Origin: Mycobacterium tuberculosis H37Rv
GTDB lineage: Bacteria > Actinomycetota > Actinomycetes > Mycobacteriales > Mycobacteriaceae
Direction: 5' to 3'
DNA length: 32,000 nucleotides
Assembly: GCF_000195955.2 (NCBI RefSeq)
Contig: NC_000962.3
Coordinates: 2,490,001-2,522,000, forward strand
The position numbers and the translations under genes are program-made. The notes under the pieces were generated by a model that was given only the letters and a program-made list of their open reading frames with translations, was not told where the DNA came from and did no database searches. Below are positions 20,351 through 30,742 of the stretch, in pieces (within the stretch, counting starts at the first letter, position 1; each line of letters begins with the position of its first letter).

Positions 20351-20476
20351 CTACTTCTGGGTTGCCTCCCGAATCAACGTGCTGATCTGCTCGAGCAGCT
20401 CACGCATATCGGCGCGCATCGCATCCACCGCGGCATACAGGTCGGCCTTGGTCGCCGGCAGCTGGTCCGACGTCAT
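20351..20476 (-). CDS. Small hypothetical protein (about 41 aa)
   Basis: MTSDQLPATKADLYAAVDAMRADMRELLEQISTLIREATQK; compositionally protein-like, predicted helical, at the 3' end of a 78-aa ORF. Start uncertain. Confidence 0.4.
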   Translation of the reverse strand: MTSDQLPATKADLYAAVDAMRADMRELLEQISTLIREATQK

Positions 20477-20597
20477 TGGCCGCACCGGCGGTGCTGTCTG
20501 TCGCGCCGCGCTGTCGCTTTGAAACCCAGGTCGCTCACCCACGACCACGACACTGCCATATCCGGCGCCCCGCCGACAACGAAGCACAGCTAGCCGG

Positions 20598-20669
20598 TGG
20601 GCGCGGACGGGATCGAACCGCCGACCGCTGGTGTGTAAAACCAGAGCTCTACCGCTGAGCTACGCGCCC
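20598..20669 (-). tRNA. valV: tRNA-Val (anticodon TAC)
   Basis: Minus: GGGCGCGTAGCTCAGCGGTAGAGCTCTGGTTTTACACACCAGCGGTCGGCGGTTCGATCCCGTCCGCGCCCA. Full cloverleaf, anticodon loop TTTACAC; CCA not encoded. Confidence 0.95.
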
Positions 20670-20714
20670 ATGACCGCCGCAGGCTACACGCCTTGCGGCC
20701 AAGCACCCAAAACC

Positions 20715-21176
20715 TTAGGCCGTAAGCGCCGCCAGAGCGTCGGTCCACAGCCGCTGATCGCGAACTTCACCCGGCTGCTTCATCTCGGCGAACCGAATGA
20801 TCCCTGACCGATCGACCACAAAGGTGCCCCGGTTAGCGATGCCGGCCTGCTCGTTGAAGACGCCGTAGGCCTGACTGACCGCGCCGTGTGGCCAGAAGTC
20901 CGACAACAGCGGAAACGTGAATCCGCTCTGCGTCGCCCAGATCTTGTGAGTGGGTGGCGGGCCCACCGAAATCGCTAGCGCGGCGCTGTCGTCGTTCTCA
21001 AACTCGGGCAGGTGATCACGCAACTGGTCCAGCTCGCCCTGGCAGATGCCCGTGAACGCCAACGGAAAGAACACCAACAGCACGTTCTTTGCACCCCGGT
21101 AGCCGCGCAGGGTGACAAGCTGCTGATTCTGGTCGCGCAACGTGAAGTCAGGGGCGGTGGCTCCGACGTTCAGCAT
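20715..21176 (-). CDS. ahpE: One-cysteine peroxiredoxin AhpE
   Basis: 153 aa MLNVGATAPDFTLRDQNQQLVTLRGYRGAKNVLLVFFPLAFTGICQGELDQL.... Start trimmed from the 207-aa track ORF. Confidence 0.94.
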   Translation of the reverse strand: MLNVGATAPDFTLRDQNQQLVTLRGYRGAKNVLLVFFPLAFTGICQGELDQLRDHLPEFENDDSAALAISVGPPPTHKIWATQSGFTFPLLSDFWPHGAVSQAYGVFNEQAGIANRGTFVVDRSGIIRFAEMKQPGEVRDQRLWTDALAALTA

Positions 21177-21652
21177 CAGCGCTTGCCAGCCCGCGATTTC
21201 GGCTGTACCAATCTGCTGGCGCTCCAGTTGCCCAGATTGACCGACGAGGTCGGCATCAGCCCAGCTGTGGGCGCCGCCTCGGCAATCTCGGCGGGCAATA
21301 CATGGCCGGGCTGGCCGGTCTTGGGCGTCACCACCCAAATCACACCGTCCTCGGCGAGCGGGCCGATCGCATCCATCAGGGTGTCCACCAAATCGCCGTC
21401 GCCATCACGCCACCACAACAGGACGACATCGATGACCTCGTCGGTGTCTTCATCGAGCAACTCTCCCCCGCACGCTTCTTCGATGGCCGCGCGGATGTCG
21501 TCGTCGGTGTCTTCGTCCCAGCCCCATTCCTGGATAAGTTGGTCTCGTTGGATGCCCAATTTGCGGGCGTAGTTCGAGGCGTGATCCGCCGCGACCACCG
21601 TGGAACCTCCTTCAGTCTCCGCGGGCCATGTGCACACCGTCGCGATGGGCAT
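21176..21652 (-). CDS. DUF3052 family acidic protein (Rv2239c-like)
   Basis: VVAADHASNYARKLGIQRDQLIQEWGWDEDTDDDIRAAIEEACGGELLDEDTDEVIDVVLLWWRDGDGDLVDTLMDAIGPLAEDGVIWVVTPKTGQPGHV. Stop abuts the ahpE start (1-nt overlap). Confidence 0.85.
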   Translation of the reverse strand: MPIATVCTWPAETEGGSTVVAADHASNYARKLGIQRDQLIQEWGWDEDTDDDIRAAIEEACGGELLDEDTDEVIDVVLLWWRDGDGDLVDTLMDAIGPLAEDGVIWVVTPKTGQPGHVLPAEIAEAAPTAGLMPTSSVNLGNWSASRLVQPKSRAGKR

Positions 21653-21689
21653 TATCGTCGCACAGCCAGAACCGGTCCACCCGCCCGCC

Positions 21690-22337
21690 TCAGAAGGCGG
21701 CCACGCACATTGTCAATGCCTTTGTCTTGGTGTCGTTGAGCCGATCAACCCGCCGGTTGAATTCCGCTGTCGACGCGTGCGCACCGATGGCATTTGCCAC
21801 CGCGCGGGCCGCGTCGACATATGCGTTGAGCGCATCCCCCAGTTGCGCGGACAGCGCGGCGCTCAGACTGCCTGAGACCGTCGAGGCACTGTTGTTGAGC
21901 GCGTCGATGGCCGGACCTTCGGTCGGCCCGGTGTTGCGGCCCTGATTGAACGCGGCCACGTAGGCGTTCACCTTGTCGATGGCGTCCTTGCTGGTGGCCG
22001 CCAGCGCGTCACACGAGGTGCGAATCGCCTTGGTCGTCAGCGATTGTTGGCGCTGCGACTCCCGGATGCTCGACGTCGCCGCCGAAGCCGACACCGACGC
22101 GGACACCGACGAGCGGTAGGCCGGTGCGACGTTGGTGTCGGGCATGGCCGTACCGTCGGTGACAGTGGTACATCCGACGATCCCCATCAGCAGCAGCGCG
22201 ATGCAGCCGAGCGCCAGGGCGCCTCGCCTGGGGAGCTCCCCCCCGTGCCTGCGAGGCACGGCGCGCCATCCGATGAGCACGGCATGTGAGGTTACCTGGT
22301 CGCAGCGCGACCGCGCTGGCCGTGGTGTGTCGCGCAT
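21690..22337 (-). CDS. Putative lipoprotein/exported hypothetical (Rv2240c-like)
   Basis: Hydrophobic segment with lipobox '[15 protein letters not shown]' followed by a Ser/Ala-rich domain. Start uncertain; the track ORF (22487) would overlap aceE divergently. Confidence 0.7.
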
Positions 22338-22451
22338 CCGCAGAACCGAGCGGAGTGCGGCTATCCGCCGCCGACGCCGGTGCGGCACGATAGGGGGACG
22401 ACCATCTAAACAGCACGCAAGCGGAAGCCCGCCACCTACAGGAGTAGTGCG

Positions 22452-25244
22452 TTGACCACCGATTTCGCCCGCCACGATCTGGCCCAAAACTCAAACAGCG
22501 CAAGCGAACCCGACCGAGTTCGGGTGATCCGCGAGGGTGTGGCGTCGTATTTGCCCGACATTGATCCCGAGGAGACCTCGGAGTGGCTGGAGTCCTTTGA
22601 CACGCTGCTGCAACGCTGCGGCCCGTCGCGGGCCCGCTACCTGATGTTGCGGCTGCTAGAGCGGGCCGGCGAGCAGCGGGTGGCCATCCCGGCATTGACG
22701 TCTACCGACTATGTCAACACCATCCCGACCGAGCTGGAGCCGTGGTTCCCCGGCGACGAAGACGTCGAACGTCGTTATCGAGCGTGGATCAGATGGAATG
22801 CGGCCATCATGGTGCACCGTGCGCAACGACCGGGTGTGGGCGTGGGTGGCCATATCTCGACCTACGCGTCGTCCGCGGCGCTCTATGAGGTCGGTTTCAA
22901 CCACTTCTTCCGCGGCAAGTCGCACCCGGGCGGCGGCGATCAGGTGTTCATCCAGGGCCACGCTTCCCCGGGAATCTACGCGCGCGCCTTCCTCGAAGGG
23001 CGGTTGACCGCCGAGCAACTCGACGGATTCCGCCAGGAACACAGCCATGTCGGCGGCGGGTTGCCGTCCTATCCGCACCCGCGGCTCATGCCCGACTTCT
23101 GGGAATTCCCCACCGTGTCGATGGGTTTGGGCCCGCTCAACGCCATCTACCAGGCACGGTTCAACCACTATCTGCATGACCGCGGTATCAAAGACACCTC
23201 CGATCAACACGTGTGGTGTTTTTTGGGCGACGGCGAGATGGACGAACCCGAGAGCCGTGGGCTGGCCCACGTCGGCGCGCTGGAAGGCTTGGACAACTTG
23301 ACCTTCGTGATCAACTGCAATCTGCAGCGACTCGACGGCCCGGTGCGCGGCAACGGCAAGATCATCCAGGAGCTGGAGTCGTTCTTCCGCGGTGCCGGCT
23401 GGAACGTCATCAAGGTGGTGTGGGGCCGCGAATGGGATGCCCTGCTGCACGCCGACCGCGACGGTGCGCTGGTGAATTTAATGAATACAACACCCGATGG
23501 CGATTACCAGACCTATAAGGCCAACGACGGCGGCTACGTGCGTGACCACTTCTTCGGCCGCGACCCACGCACCAAGGCGCTGGTGGAGAACATGAGCGAC
23601 CAGGATATCTGGAACCTCAAACGGGGCGGCCACGATTACCGCAAGGTTTACGCCGCCTACCGCGCCGCCGTCGACCACAAGGGACAGCCGACGGTGATCC
23701 TGGCCAAGACCATCAAAGGCTACGCGCTGGGCAAGCATTTCGAAGGACGCAATGCCACCCACCAGATGAAAAAACTGACCCTGGAAGACCTTAAGGAGTT
23801 TCGTGACACGCAGCGGATTCCGGTCAGCGACGCCCAGCTTGAAGAGAATCCGTACCTGCCGCCCTACTACCACCCCGGCCTCAACGCCCCGGAGATTCGT
23901 TACATGCTCGACCGGCGCCGGGCCCTCGGGGGCTTTGTTCCCGAGCGCAGGACCAAGTCCAAAGCGCTGACCCTGCCGGGTCGCGACATCTACGCGCCGC
24001 TGAAAAAGGGCTCTGGGCACCAGGAGGTGGCCACCACCATGGCGACGGTGCGCACGTTCAAAGAAGTGTTGCGCGACAAGCAGATCGGGCCGCGGATAGT
24101 CCCGATCATTCCCGACGAGGCCCGCACCTTCGGGATGGACTCCTGGTTCCCGTCGCTAAAGATCTATAACCGCAATGGCCAGCTGTATACCGCGGTTGAC
24201 GCCGACCTGATGCTGGCCTACAAGGAGAGCGAAGTCGGGCAGATCCTGCACGAGGGCATCAACGAAGCCGGGTCGGTGGGCTCGTTCATCGCGGCCGGCA
24301 CCTCGTATGCGACGCACAACGAACCGATGATCCCCATTTACATCTTCTACTCGATGTTCGGCTTCCAGCGCACCGGCGATAGCTTCTGGGCCGCGGCCGA
24401 CCAGATGGCTCGAGGGTTCGTGCTCGGGGCCACCGCCGGGCGCACCACCCTGACCGGTGAGGGCCTGCAACACGCCGACGGTCACTCGTTGCTGCTGGCC
24501 GCCACCAACCCGGCGGTGGTTGCCTACGACCCGGCCTTCGCCTACGAAATCGCCTACATCGTGGAAAGCGGACTGGCCAGGATGTGCGGGGAGAACCCGG
24601 AGAACATCTTCTTCTACATCACCGTCTACAACGAGCCGTACGTGCAGCCGCCGGAGCCGGAGAACTTCGATCCCGAGGGCGTGCTGCGGGGTATCTACCG
24701 CTATCACGCGGCCACCGAGCAACGCACCAACAAGGCGCAGATCCTGGCCTCCGGGGTAGCGATGCCCGCGGCGCTGCGGGCAGCACAGATGCTGGCCGCC
24801 GAGTGGGATGTCGCCGCCGACGTGTGGTCGGTGACCAGTTGGGGCGAGCTAAACCGCGACGGGGTGGCCATCGAGACCGAGAAGCTCCGCCACCCCGATC
24901 GGCCGGCGGGCGTGCCCTACGTGACGAGAGCGCTGGAGAATGCTCGGGGCCCGGTGATCGCGGTGTCGGACTGGATGCGCGCGGTCCCCGAGCAGATCCG
25001 ACCGTGGGTGCCGGGCACATACCTCACGTTGGGCACCGACGGGTTCGGCTTTTCCGACACTCGGCCCGCCGCTCGCCGCTACTTCAACACCGACGCCGAA
25101 TCCCAGGTGGTCGCGGTTTTGGAGGCGTTGGCGGGCGACGGCGAGATCGACCCATCGGTGCCGGTCGCGGCCGCCCGCCAGTACCGGATCGACGACGTGG
25201 CGGCTGCGCCCGAGCAGACCACGGATCCCGGTCCCGGGGCCTAA
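22452..25244 (+). CDS. aceE: Pyruvate dehydrogenase E1 component (homodimeric type)
   Basis: 930-aa ORF; TPP-binding '[12 protein letters not shown]', [32 protein letters not shown]. The start may be downstream, but N-terminal [18 protein letters not shown] fits family N-termini. Confidence 0.95.
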
Positions 25245-25303
25245 CGCCGGCGAGCCGACCGCCTTTGGCCGAATCTTCCAGAAATCTGGCGTAGCTTTTA
25301 GGA

Positions 25304-26548
25304 GTGAACGACAATCAGTTGGCTCCAGTTGCCCGCCCGAGGTCGCCGCTCGAACTGCTGGACACTGTGCCCGATTCGCTGCTGCGGCGGTTGAAGCAGT
25401 ACTCGGGCCGGCTGGCCACCGAGGCAGTTTCGGCCATGCAAGAACGGTTGCCGTTCTTCGCCGACCTAGAAGCGTCCCAGCGCGCCAGCGTGGCGCTGGT
25501 GGTGCAGACGGCCGTGGTCAACTTCGTCGAATGGATGCACGACCCGCACAGTGACGTCGGCTATACCGCGCAGGCATTCGAGCTGGTGCCCCAGGATCTG
25601 ACGCGACGGATCGCGCTGCGCCAGACCGTGGACATGGTGCGGGTCACCATGGAGTTCTTCGAAGAAGTCGTGCCCCTGCTCGCCCGTTCCGAAGAGCAGT
25701 TGACCGCCCTCACGGTGGGCATTTTGAAATACAGCCGCGACCTGGCATTCACCGCCGCCACGGCCTACGCCGATGCGGCCGAGGCACGAGGCACCTGGGA
25801 CAGCCGGATGGAGGCCAGCGTGGTGGACGCGGTGGTACGCGGCGACACCGGTCCCGAGCTGCTGTCCCGGGCGGCCGCGCTGAATTGGGACACCACCGCG
25901 CCGGCGACCGTACTGGTGGGAACTCCGGCGCCCGGTCCAAATGGCTCCAACAGCGACGGCGACAGCGAGCGGGCCAGCCAGGATGTCCGCGACACCGCGG
26001 CTCGCCACGGCCGCGCTGCGCTGACCGACGTGCACGGCACCTGGCTGGTGGCGATCGTCTCCGGCCAGCTGTCGCCAACCGAGAAGTTCCTCAAAGACCT
26101 GCTGGCAGCATTCGCCGACGCCCCGGTGGTCATCGGCCCCACGGCGCCCATGCTGACCGCGGCGCACCGCAGCGCTAGCGAGGCGATCTCCGGGATGAAC
26201 GCCGTCGCCGGCTGGCGCGGAGCGCCGCGGCCCGTGCTGGCTAGGGAACTTTTGCCCGAACGCGCCCTGATGGGCGACGCCTCGGCGATCGTGGCCCTGC
26301 ATACCGACGTGATGCGGCCCCTAGCCGATGCCGGACCGACGCTCATCGAGACGCTAGACGCATATCTGGATTGTGGCGGCGCGATTGAAGCTTGTGCCAG
26401 AAAGTTGTTCGTTCATCCAAACACAGTGCGGTACCGGCTCAAGCGGATCACCGACTTCACCGGGCGCGATCCCACCCAGCCACGCGATGCCTATGTCCTT
26501 CGGGTGGCGGCCACCGTGGGTCAACTCAACTATCCGACGCCGCACTGA
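25304..26548 (+). CDS. mabR: PucR/CdaR-family transcriptional regulator MabR (FAS-II regulator)
   Basis: 414 aa; C-terminal HTH 'ACARKLFVHPNTVRYRLKRITDFTGRDPTQPRDAYVLRVA'. Directly upstream of the fabD operon. Confidence 0.88.
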   Translation: MNDNQLAPVARPRSPLELLDTVPDSLLRRLKQYSGRLATEAVSAMQERLPFFADLEASQRASVALVVQTAVVNFVEWMHDPHSDVGYTAQAFELVPQDLTRRIALRQTVDMVRVTMEFFEEVVPLLARSEEQLTALTVGILKYSRDLAFTAATAYADAAEARGTWDSRMEASVVDAVVRGDTGPELLSRAAALNWDTTAPATVLVGTPAPGPNGSNSDGDSERASQDVRDTAARHGRAALTDVHGTWLVAIVSGQLSPTEKFLKDLLAAFADAPVVIGPTAPMLTAAHRSASEAISGMNAVAGWRGAPRPVLARELLPERALMGDASAIVALHTDVMRPLADAGPTLIETLDAYLDCGGAIEACARKLFVHPNTVRYRLKRITDFTGRDPTQPRDAYVLRVAATVGQLNYPTPH

Positions 26549-26699
26549 AGCATCGACAGCAATGCCGTGTCATAGATTCCCTCGCCGGTCAGAGGGGGTC
26601 CAGCAGGGGCCCCGGAAAGATACCAGGGGCGCCGTCGGACGGAAAGTGATCCAGACAACAGGTCGCGGGACGATCTCAAAAACATAGCTTACAGGCCCG

Positions 26700-26720
26700 T
26701 TTTGTTGGTTATATACAAAA
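26700..26720. promoter_or_regulatory. Inverted repeat TTTTGT-N9-ACAAAA, MabR-type operator of the FAS-II operon
   Basis: Sequence TTTTGTTGGTTATATACAAAA, 66 nt upstream of the fabD start codon. Matches my recollection of the published MabR-binding palindrome. Confidence 0.8.
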
Positions 26721-26786
26721 ACCTAAGACGAGGTTCATAATCTGTTACACCGCGCAAAACCGTCTTCACAGTGTTCTCTTAGACAC

Positions 26787-27695
26787 GTGATTGCGTTGCT
26801 CGCACCCGGACAGGGTTCGCAAACCGAGGGAATGTTGTCGCCGTGGCTTCAGCTGCCCGGCGCAGCGGACCAGATCGCGGCGTGGTCGAAAGCCGCTGAT
26901 CTAGATCTTGCCCGGCTGGGCACCACCGCCTCGACCGAGGAGATCACCGACACCGCGGTCGCCCAGCCATTGATCGTCGCCGCGACTCTGCTGGCCCACC
27001 AGGAACTGGCGCGCCGATGCGTGCTCGCCGGCAAGGACGTCATCGTGGCCGGCCACTCCGTCGGCGAAATCGCGGCCTACGCAATCGCCGGTGTGATAGC
27101 CGCCGACGACGCCGTCGCGCTGGCCGCCACCCGCGGCGCCGAGATGGCCAAGGCCTGCGCCACCGAGCCGACCGGCATGTCTGCGGTGCTCGGCGGCGAC
27201 GAGACCGAGGTGCTGAGTCGCCTCGAGCAGCTCGACTTGGTCCCGGCAAACCGCAACGCCGCCGGCCAGATCGTCGCTGCCGGCCGGCTGACCGCGTTGG
27301 AGAAGCTCGCCGAAGACCCGCCGGCCAAGGCGCGGGTGCGTGCACTGGGTGTCGCCGGAGCGTTCCACACCGAGTTCATGGCGCCCGCACTTGACGGCTT
27401 TGCGGCGGCCGCGGCCAACATCGCAACCGCCGACCCCACCGCCACGCTGCTGTCCAACCGCGACGGGAAGCCGGTGACATCCGCGGCCGCGGCGATGGAC
27501 ACCCTGGTCTCCCAGCTCACCCAACCGGTGCGATGGGACCTGTGCACCGCGACGCTGCGCGAACACACAGTCACGGCGATCGTGGAGTTCCCCCCCGCGG
27601 GCACGCTTAGCGGTATCGCCAAACGCGAACTTCGGGGGGTTCCGGCACGCGCCGTCAAGTCACCCGCAGACCTGGACGAGCTGGCAAACCTATAA
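26787..27695 (+). CDS. fabD: Malonyl-CoA:ACP transacylase
   Basis: 302 aa; MIALLAPGQGSQTEGMLSPWL, GHSVGE active-site motif, AFHTEFM. Confidence 0.96.
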   Translation: MIALLAPGQGSQTEGMLSPWLQLPGAADQIAAWSKAADLDLARLGTTASTEEITDTAVAQPLIVAATLLAHQELARRCVLAGKDVIVAGHSVGEIAAYAIAGVIAADDAVALAATRGAEMAKACATEPTGMSAVLGGDETEVLSRLEQLDLVPANRNAAGQIVAAGRLTALEKLAEDPPAKARVRALGVAGAFHTEFMAPALDGFAAAAANIATADPTATLLSNRDGKPVTSAAAAMDTLVSQLTQPVRWDLCTATLREHTVTAIVEFPPAGTLSGIAKRELRGVPARAVKSPADLDELANL

Positions 27696-27770
27696 CCGCG
27701 GACTCGGCCAGAACAACCACATACCCGTCAGTTCGATTTGTACACAACATATTACGAAGGGAAGCATGCT

Positions 27771-28118
27771 GTGCCTGTCACTCAGGAAGAAATCATTGCC
27801 GGTATCGCCGAGATCATCGAAGAGGTAACCGGTATCGAGCCGTCCGAGATCACCCCGGAGAAGTCGTTCGTCGACGACCTGGACATCGACTCGCTGTCGA
27901 TGGTCGAGATCGCCGTGCAGACCGAGGACAAGTACGGCGTCAAGATCCCCGACGAGGACCTCGCCGGTCTGCGTACCGTCGGTGACGTTGTCGCCTACAT
28001 CCAGAAGCTCGAGGAAGAAAACCCGGAGGCGGCTCAGGCGTTGCGCGCGAAGATTGAGTCGGAGAACCCCGATGCCGTTGCCAACGTTCAGGCGAGGCTT
28101 GAGGCCGAGTCCAAGTGA
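27771..28118 (+). CDS. acpM: Meromycolate extension acyl carrier protein AcpM
   Basis: GTG start; [47 protein letters not shown] (DSL phosphopantetheine site), extended acidic C-terminus. Confidence 0.97.
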
Positions 28119-29365
28119 GTCAGCCTTCCACCGCTAATGGCGGTTTCCCCAGCGTTGTGGTGACCGCCGTCACAGCGACGACGTCGATCTCGCCGGACAT
28201 CGAGAGCACGTGGAAGGGTCTGTTGGCCGGCGAGAGCGGCATCCACGCACTCGAAGACGAGTTCGTCACCAAGTGGGATCTAGCGGTCAAGATCGGCGGT
28301 CACCTCAAGGATCCGGTCGACAGCCACATGGGCCGACTCGACATGCGACGCATGTCGTACGTCCAGCGGATGGGCAAGTTGCTGGGCGGACAGCTATGGG
28401 AGTCCGCCGGCAGCCCGGAGGTCGATCCAGACCGGTTCGCCGTTGTTGTCGGCACCGGTCTAGGTGGAGCCGAGAGGATTGTCGAGAGCTACGACCTGAT
28501 GAATGCGGGCGGCCCCCGGAAGGTGTCCCCGCTGGCCGTTCAGATGATCATGCCCAACGGTGCCGCGGCGGTGATCGGTCTGCAGCTTGGGGCCCGCGCC
28601 GGGGTGATGACCCCGGTGTCGGCCTGTTCGTCGGGCTCGGAAGCGATCGCCCACGCGTGGCGTCAGATCGTGATGGGCGACGCCGACGTCGCCGTCTGCG
28701 GCGGTGTCGAAGGACCCATCGAGGCGCTGCCCATCGCGGCGTTCTCCATGATGCGGGCCATGTCGACCCGCAACGACGAGCCTGAGCGGGCCTCCCGGCC
28801 GTTCGACAAGGACCGCGACGGCTTTGTGTTCGGCGAGGCCGGTGCGCTGATGCTCATCGAGACGGAGGAGCACGCCAAAGCCCGTGGCGCCAAGCCGTTG
28901 GCCCGATTGCTGGGTGCCGGTATCACCTCGGACGCCTTTCATATGGTGGCGCCCGCGGCCGATGGTGTTCGTGCCGGTAGGGCGATGACTCGCTCGCTGG
29001 AGCTGGCCGGGTTGTCGCCGGCGGACATCGACCACGTCAACGCGCACGGCACGGCGACGCCTATCGGCGACGCCGCGGAGGCCAACGCCATCCGCGTCGC
29101 CGGTTGTGATCAGGCCGCGGTGTACGCGCCGAAGTCTGCGCTGGGCCACTCGATCGGCGCGGTCGGTGCGCTCGAGTCGGTGCTCACGGTGCTGACGCTG
29201 CGCGACGGCGTCATCCCGCCGACCCTGAACTACGAGACACCCGATCCCGAGATCGACCTTGACGTCGTCGCCGGCGAACCGCGCTATGGCGATTACCGCT
29301 ACGCAGTCAACAACTCGTTCGGGTTCGGCGGCCACAATGTGGCGCTTGCCTTCGGGCGTTACTGA
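28115..29365 (+). CDS. kasA: Beta-ketoacyl-ACP synthase KasA
   Basis: 416 aa; [14 protein letters not shown] active-site Cys, [38 protein letters not shown]. Overlaps the acpM stop by 4 nt (GTGA). Confidence 0.97.
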
Positions 29366-29404
29366 AGCACGACATCGCGGGTCGCGAGGCCCGAGGTGGG
29401 GGTC

Positions 29405-29420
29405 CCCCCGCTTGCGGGGG
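29405..29420 (+). promoter_or_regulatory. GC-rich hairpin in the kasA-kasB intergenic region
   Basis: CCCCCG-CTTG-CGGGGG perfect 6-bp stem/4-nt loop, 40 nt after the kasA stop. No U-tract. Confidence 0.5.
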
Positions 29421-29458
29421 CGAGTCGGACCGATATGGAAGGAACGTTCGCAAGACCA

Positions 29459-30712
29459 ATGACGGAGCTGGTTACCGGGAAAGCCTTTCCCTACGTAGTC
29501 GTCACCGGCATCGCCATGACGACCGCGCTCGCGACCGACGCGGAGACTACGTGGAAGTTGTTGCTGGACCGCCAAAGCGGGATCCGTACGCTCGATGACC
29601 CATTCGTCGAGGAGTTCGACCTGCCAGTTCGCATCGGCGGACATCTGCTTGAGGAATTCGACCACCAGCTGACGCGGATCGAACTGCGCCGGATGGGATA
29701 CCTGCAGCGGATGTCCACCGTGCTGAGCCGGCGCCTGTGGGAAAATGCCGGCTCACCCGAGGTGGACACCAATCGATTGATGGTGTCCATCGGCACCGGC
29801 CTGGGTTCGGCCGAGGAACTGGTCTTCAGTTACGACGATATGCGCGCTCGCGGAATGAAGGCGGTCTCGCCGCTGACCGTGCAGAAGTACATGCCCAACG
29901 GGGCCGCCGCGGCGGTCGGGTTGGAACGGCACGCCAAGGCCGGGGTGATGACGCCGGTATCGGCGTGCGCATCCGGCGCCGAGGCCATCGCCCGTGCGTG
30001 GCAGCAGATTGTGCTGGGAGAGGCCGATGCCGCCATCTGCGGCGGCGTGGAGACCAGGATCGAAGCGGTGCCCATCGCCGGGTTCGCTCAGATGCGCATC
30101 GTGATGTCCACCAACAACGACGACCCCGCCGGTGCATGCCGCCCATTCGACAGGGACCGCGACGGCTTTGTGTTCGGCGAGGGCGGCGCCCTTCTGTTGA
30201 TCGAGACCGAGGAGCACGCCAAGGCACGTGGCGCCAACATCCTGGCCCGGATCATGGGCGCCAGCATCACCTCCGATGGCTTCCACATGGTGGCCCCGGA
30301 CCCCAACGGGGAACGCGCCGGGCATGCGATTACGCGGGCGATTCAGCTGGCGGGCCTCGCCCCCGGCGACATCGACCACGTCAATGCGCACGCCACCGGC
30401 ACCCAGGTCGGCGACCTGGCCGAAGGCAGGGCCATCAACAACGCCTTGGGCGGCAACCGACCGGCGGTGTACGCCCCCAAGTCTGCCCTCGGCCACTCGG
30501 TGGGCGCGGTCGGCGCGGTCGAATCGATCTTGACGGTGCTCGCGTTGCGCGATCAGGTGATCCCGCCGACACTGAATCTGGTAAACCTCGATCCCGAGAT
30601 CGATTTGGACGTGGTGGCGGGTGAACCGCGACCGGGCAATTACCGGTATGCGATCAATAACTCGTTCGGATTCGGCGGCCACAACGTGGCAATCGCCTTC
30701 GGACGGTACTAA
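29459..30712 (+). CDS. kasB: Beta-ketoacyl-ACP synthase KasB
   Basis: 417 aa from [38 protein letters not shown]; [26 protein letters not shown]. The longer 438-aa start (29396) would run through the hairpin. Confidence 0.95.
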   Translation: MTELVTGKAFPYVVVTGIAMTTALATDAETTWKLLLDRQSGIRTLDDPFVEEFDLPVRIGGHLLEEFDHQLTRIELRRMGYLQRMSTVLSRRLWENAGSPEVDTNRLMVSIGTGLGSAEELVFSYDDMRARGMKAVSPLTVQKYMPNGAAAAVGLERHAKAGVMTPVSACASGAEAIARAWQQIVLGEADAAICGGVETRIEAVPIAGFAQMRIVMSTNNDDPAGACRPFDRDRDGFVFGEGGALLLIETEEHAKARGANILARIMGASITSDGFHMVAPDPNGERAGHAITRAIQLAGLAPGDIDHVNAHATGTQVGDLAEGRAINNALGGNRPAVYAPKSALGHSVGAVGAVESILTVLALRDQVIPPTLNLVNLDPEIDLDVVAGEPRPGNYRYAINNSFGFGGHNVAIAFGRY

Positions 30713-30742
30713 ACCCCAGCGTTACGCGACAGGAGACCTGCG

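Noticed and set aside
20273-20593. 106-aa plus-strand ORF after the DUF2236-type gene
   Set aside because: It passes through the compound hairpin and opposite the small minus-strand ORF; Arg/His-rich composition is not protein-like.
26302-26466. Long antisense ORF (25466-26302) and similar ORFs opposite mabR, kasA and kasB
   Set aside because: Standard third-position GC shadow ORFs; no domain features. The 401-aa ORF at 28460-29665 opposite kasA/kasB was rejected for the same reason.
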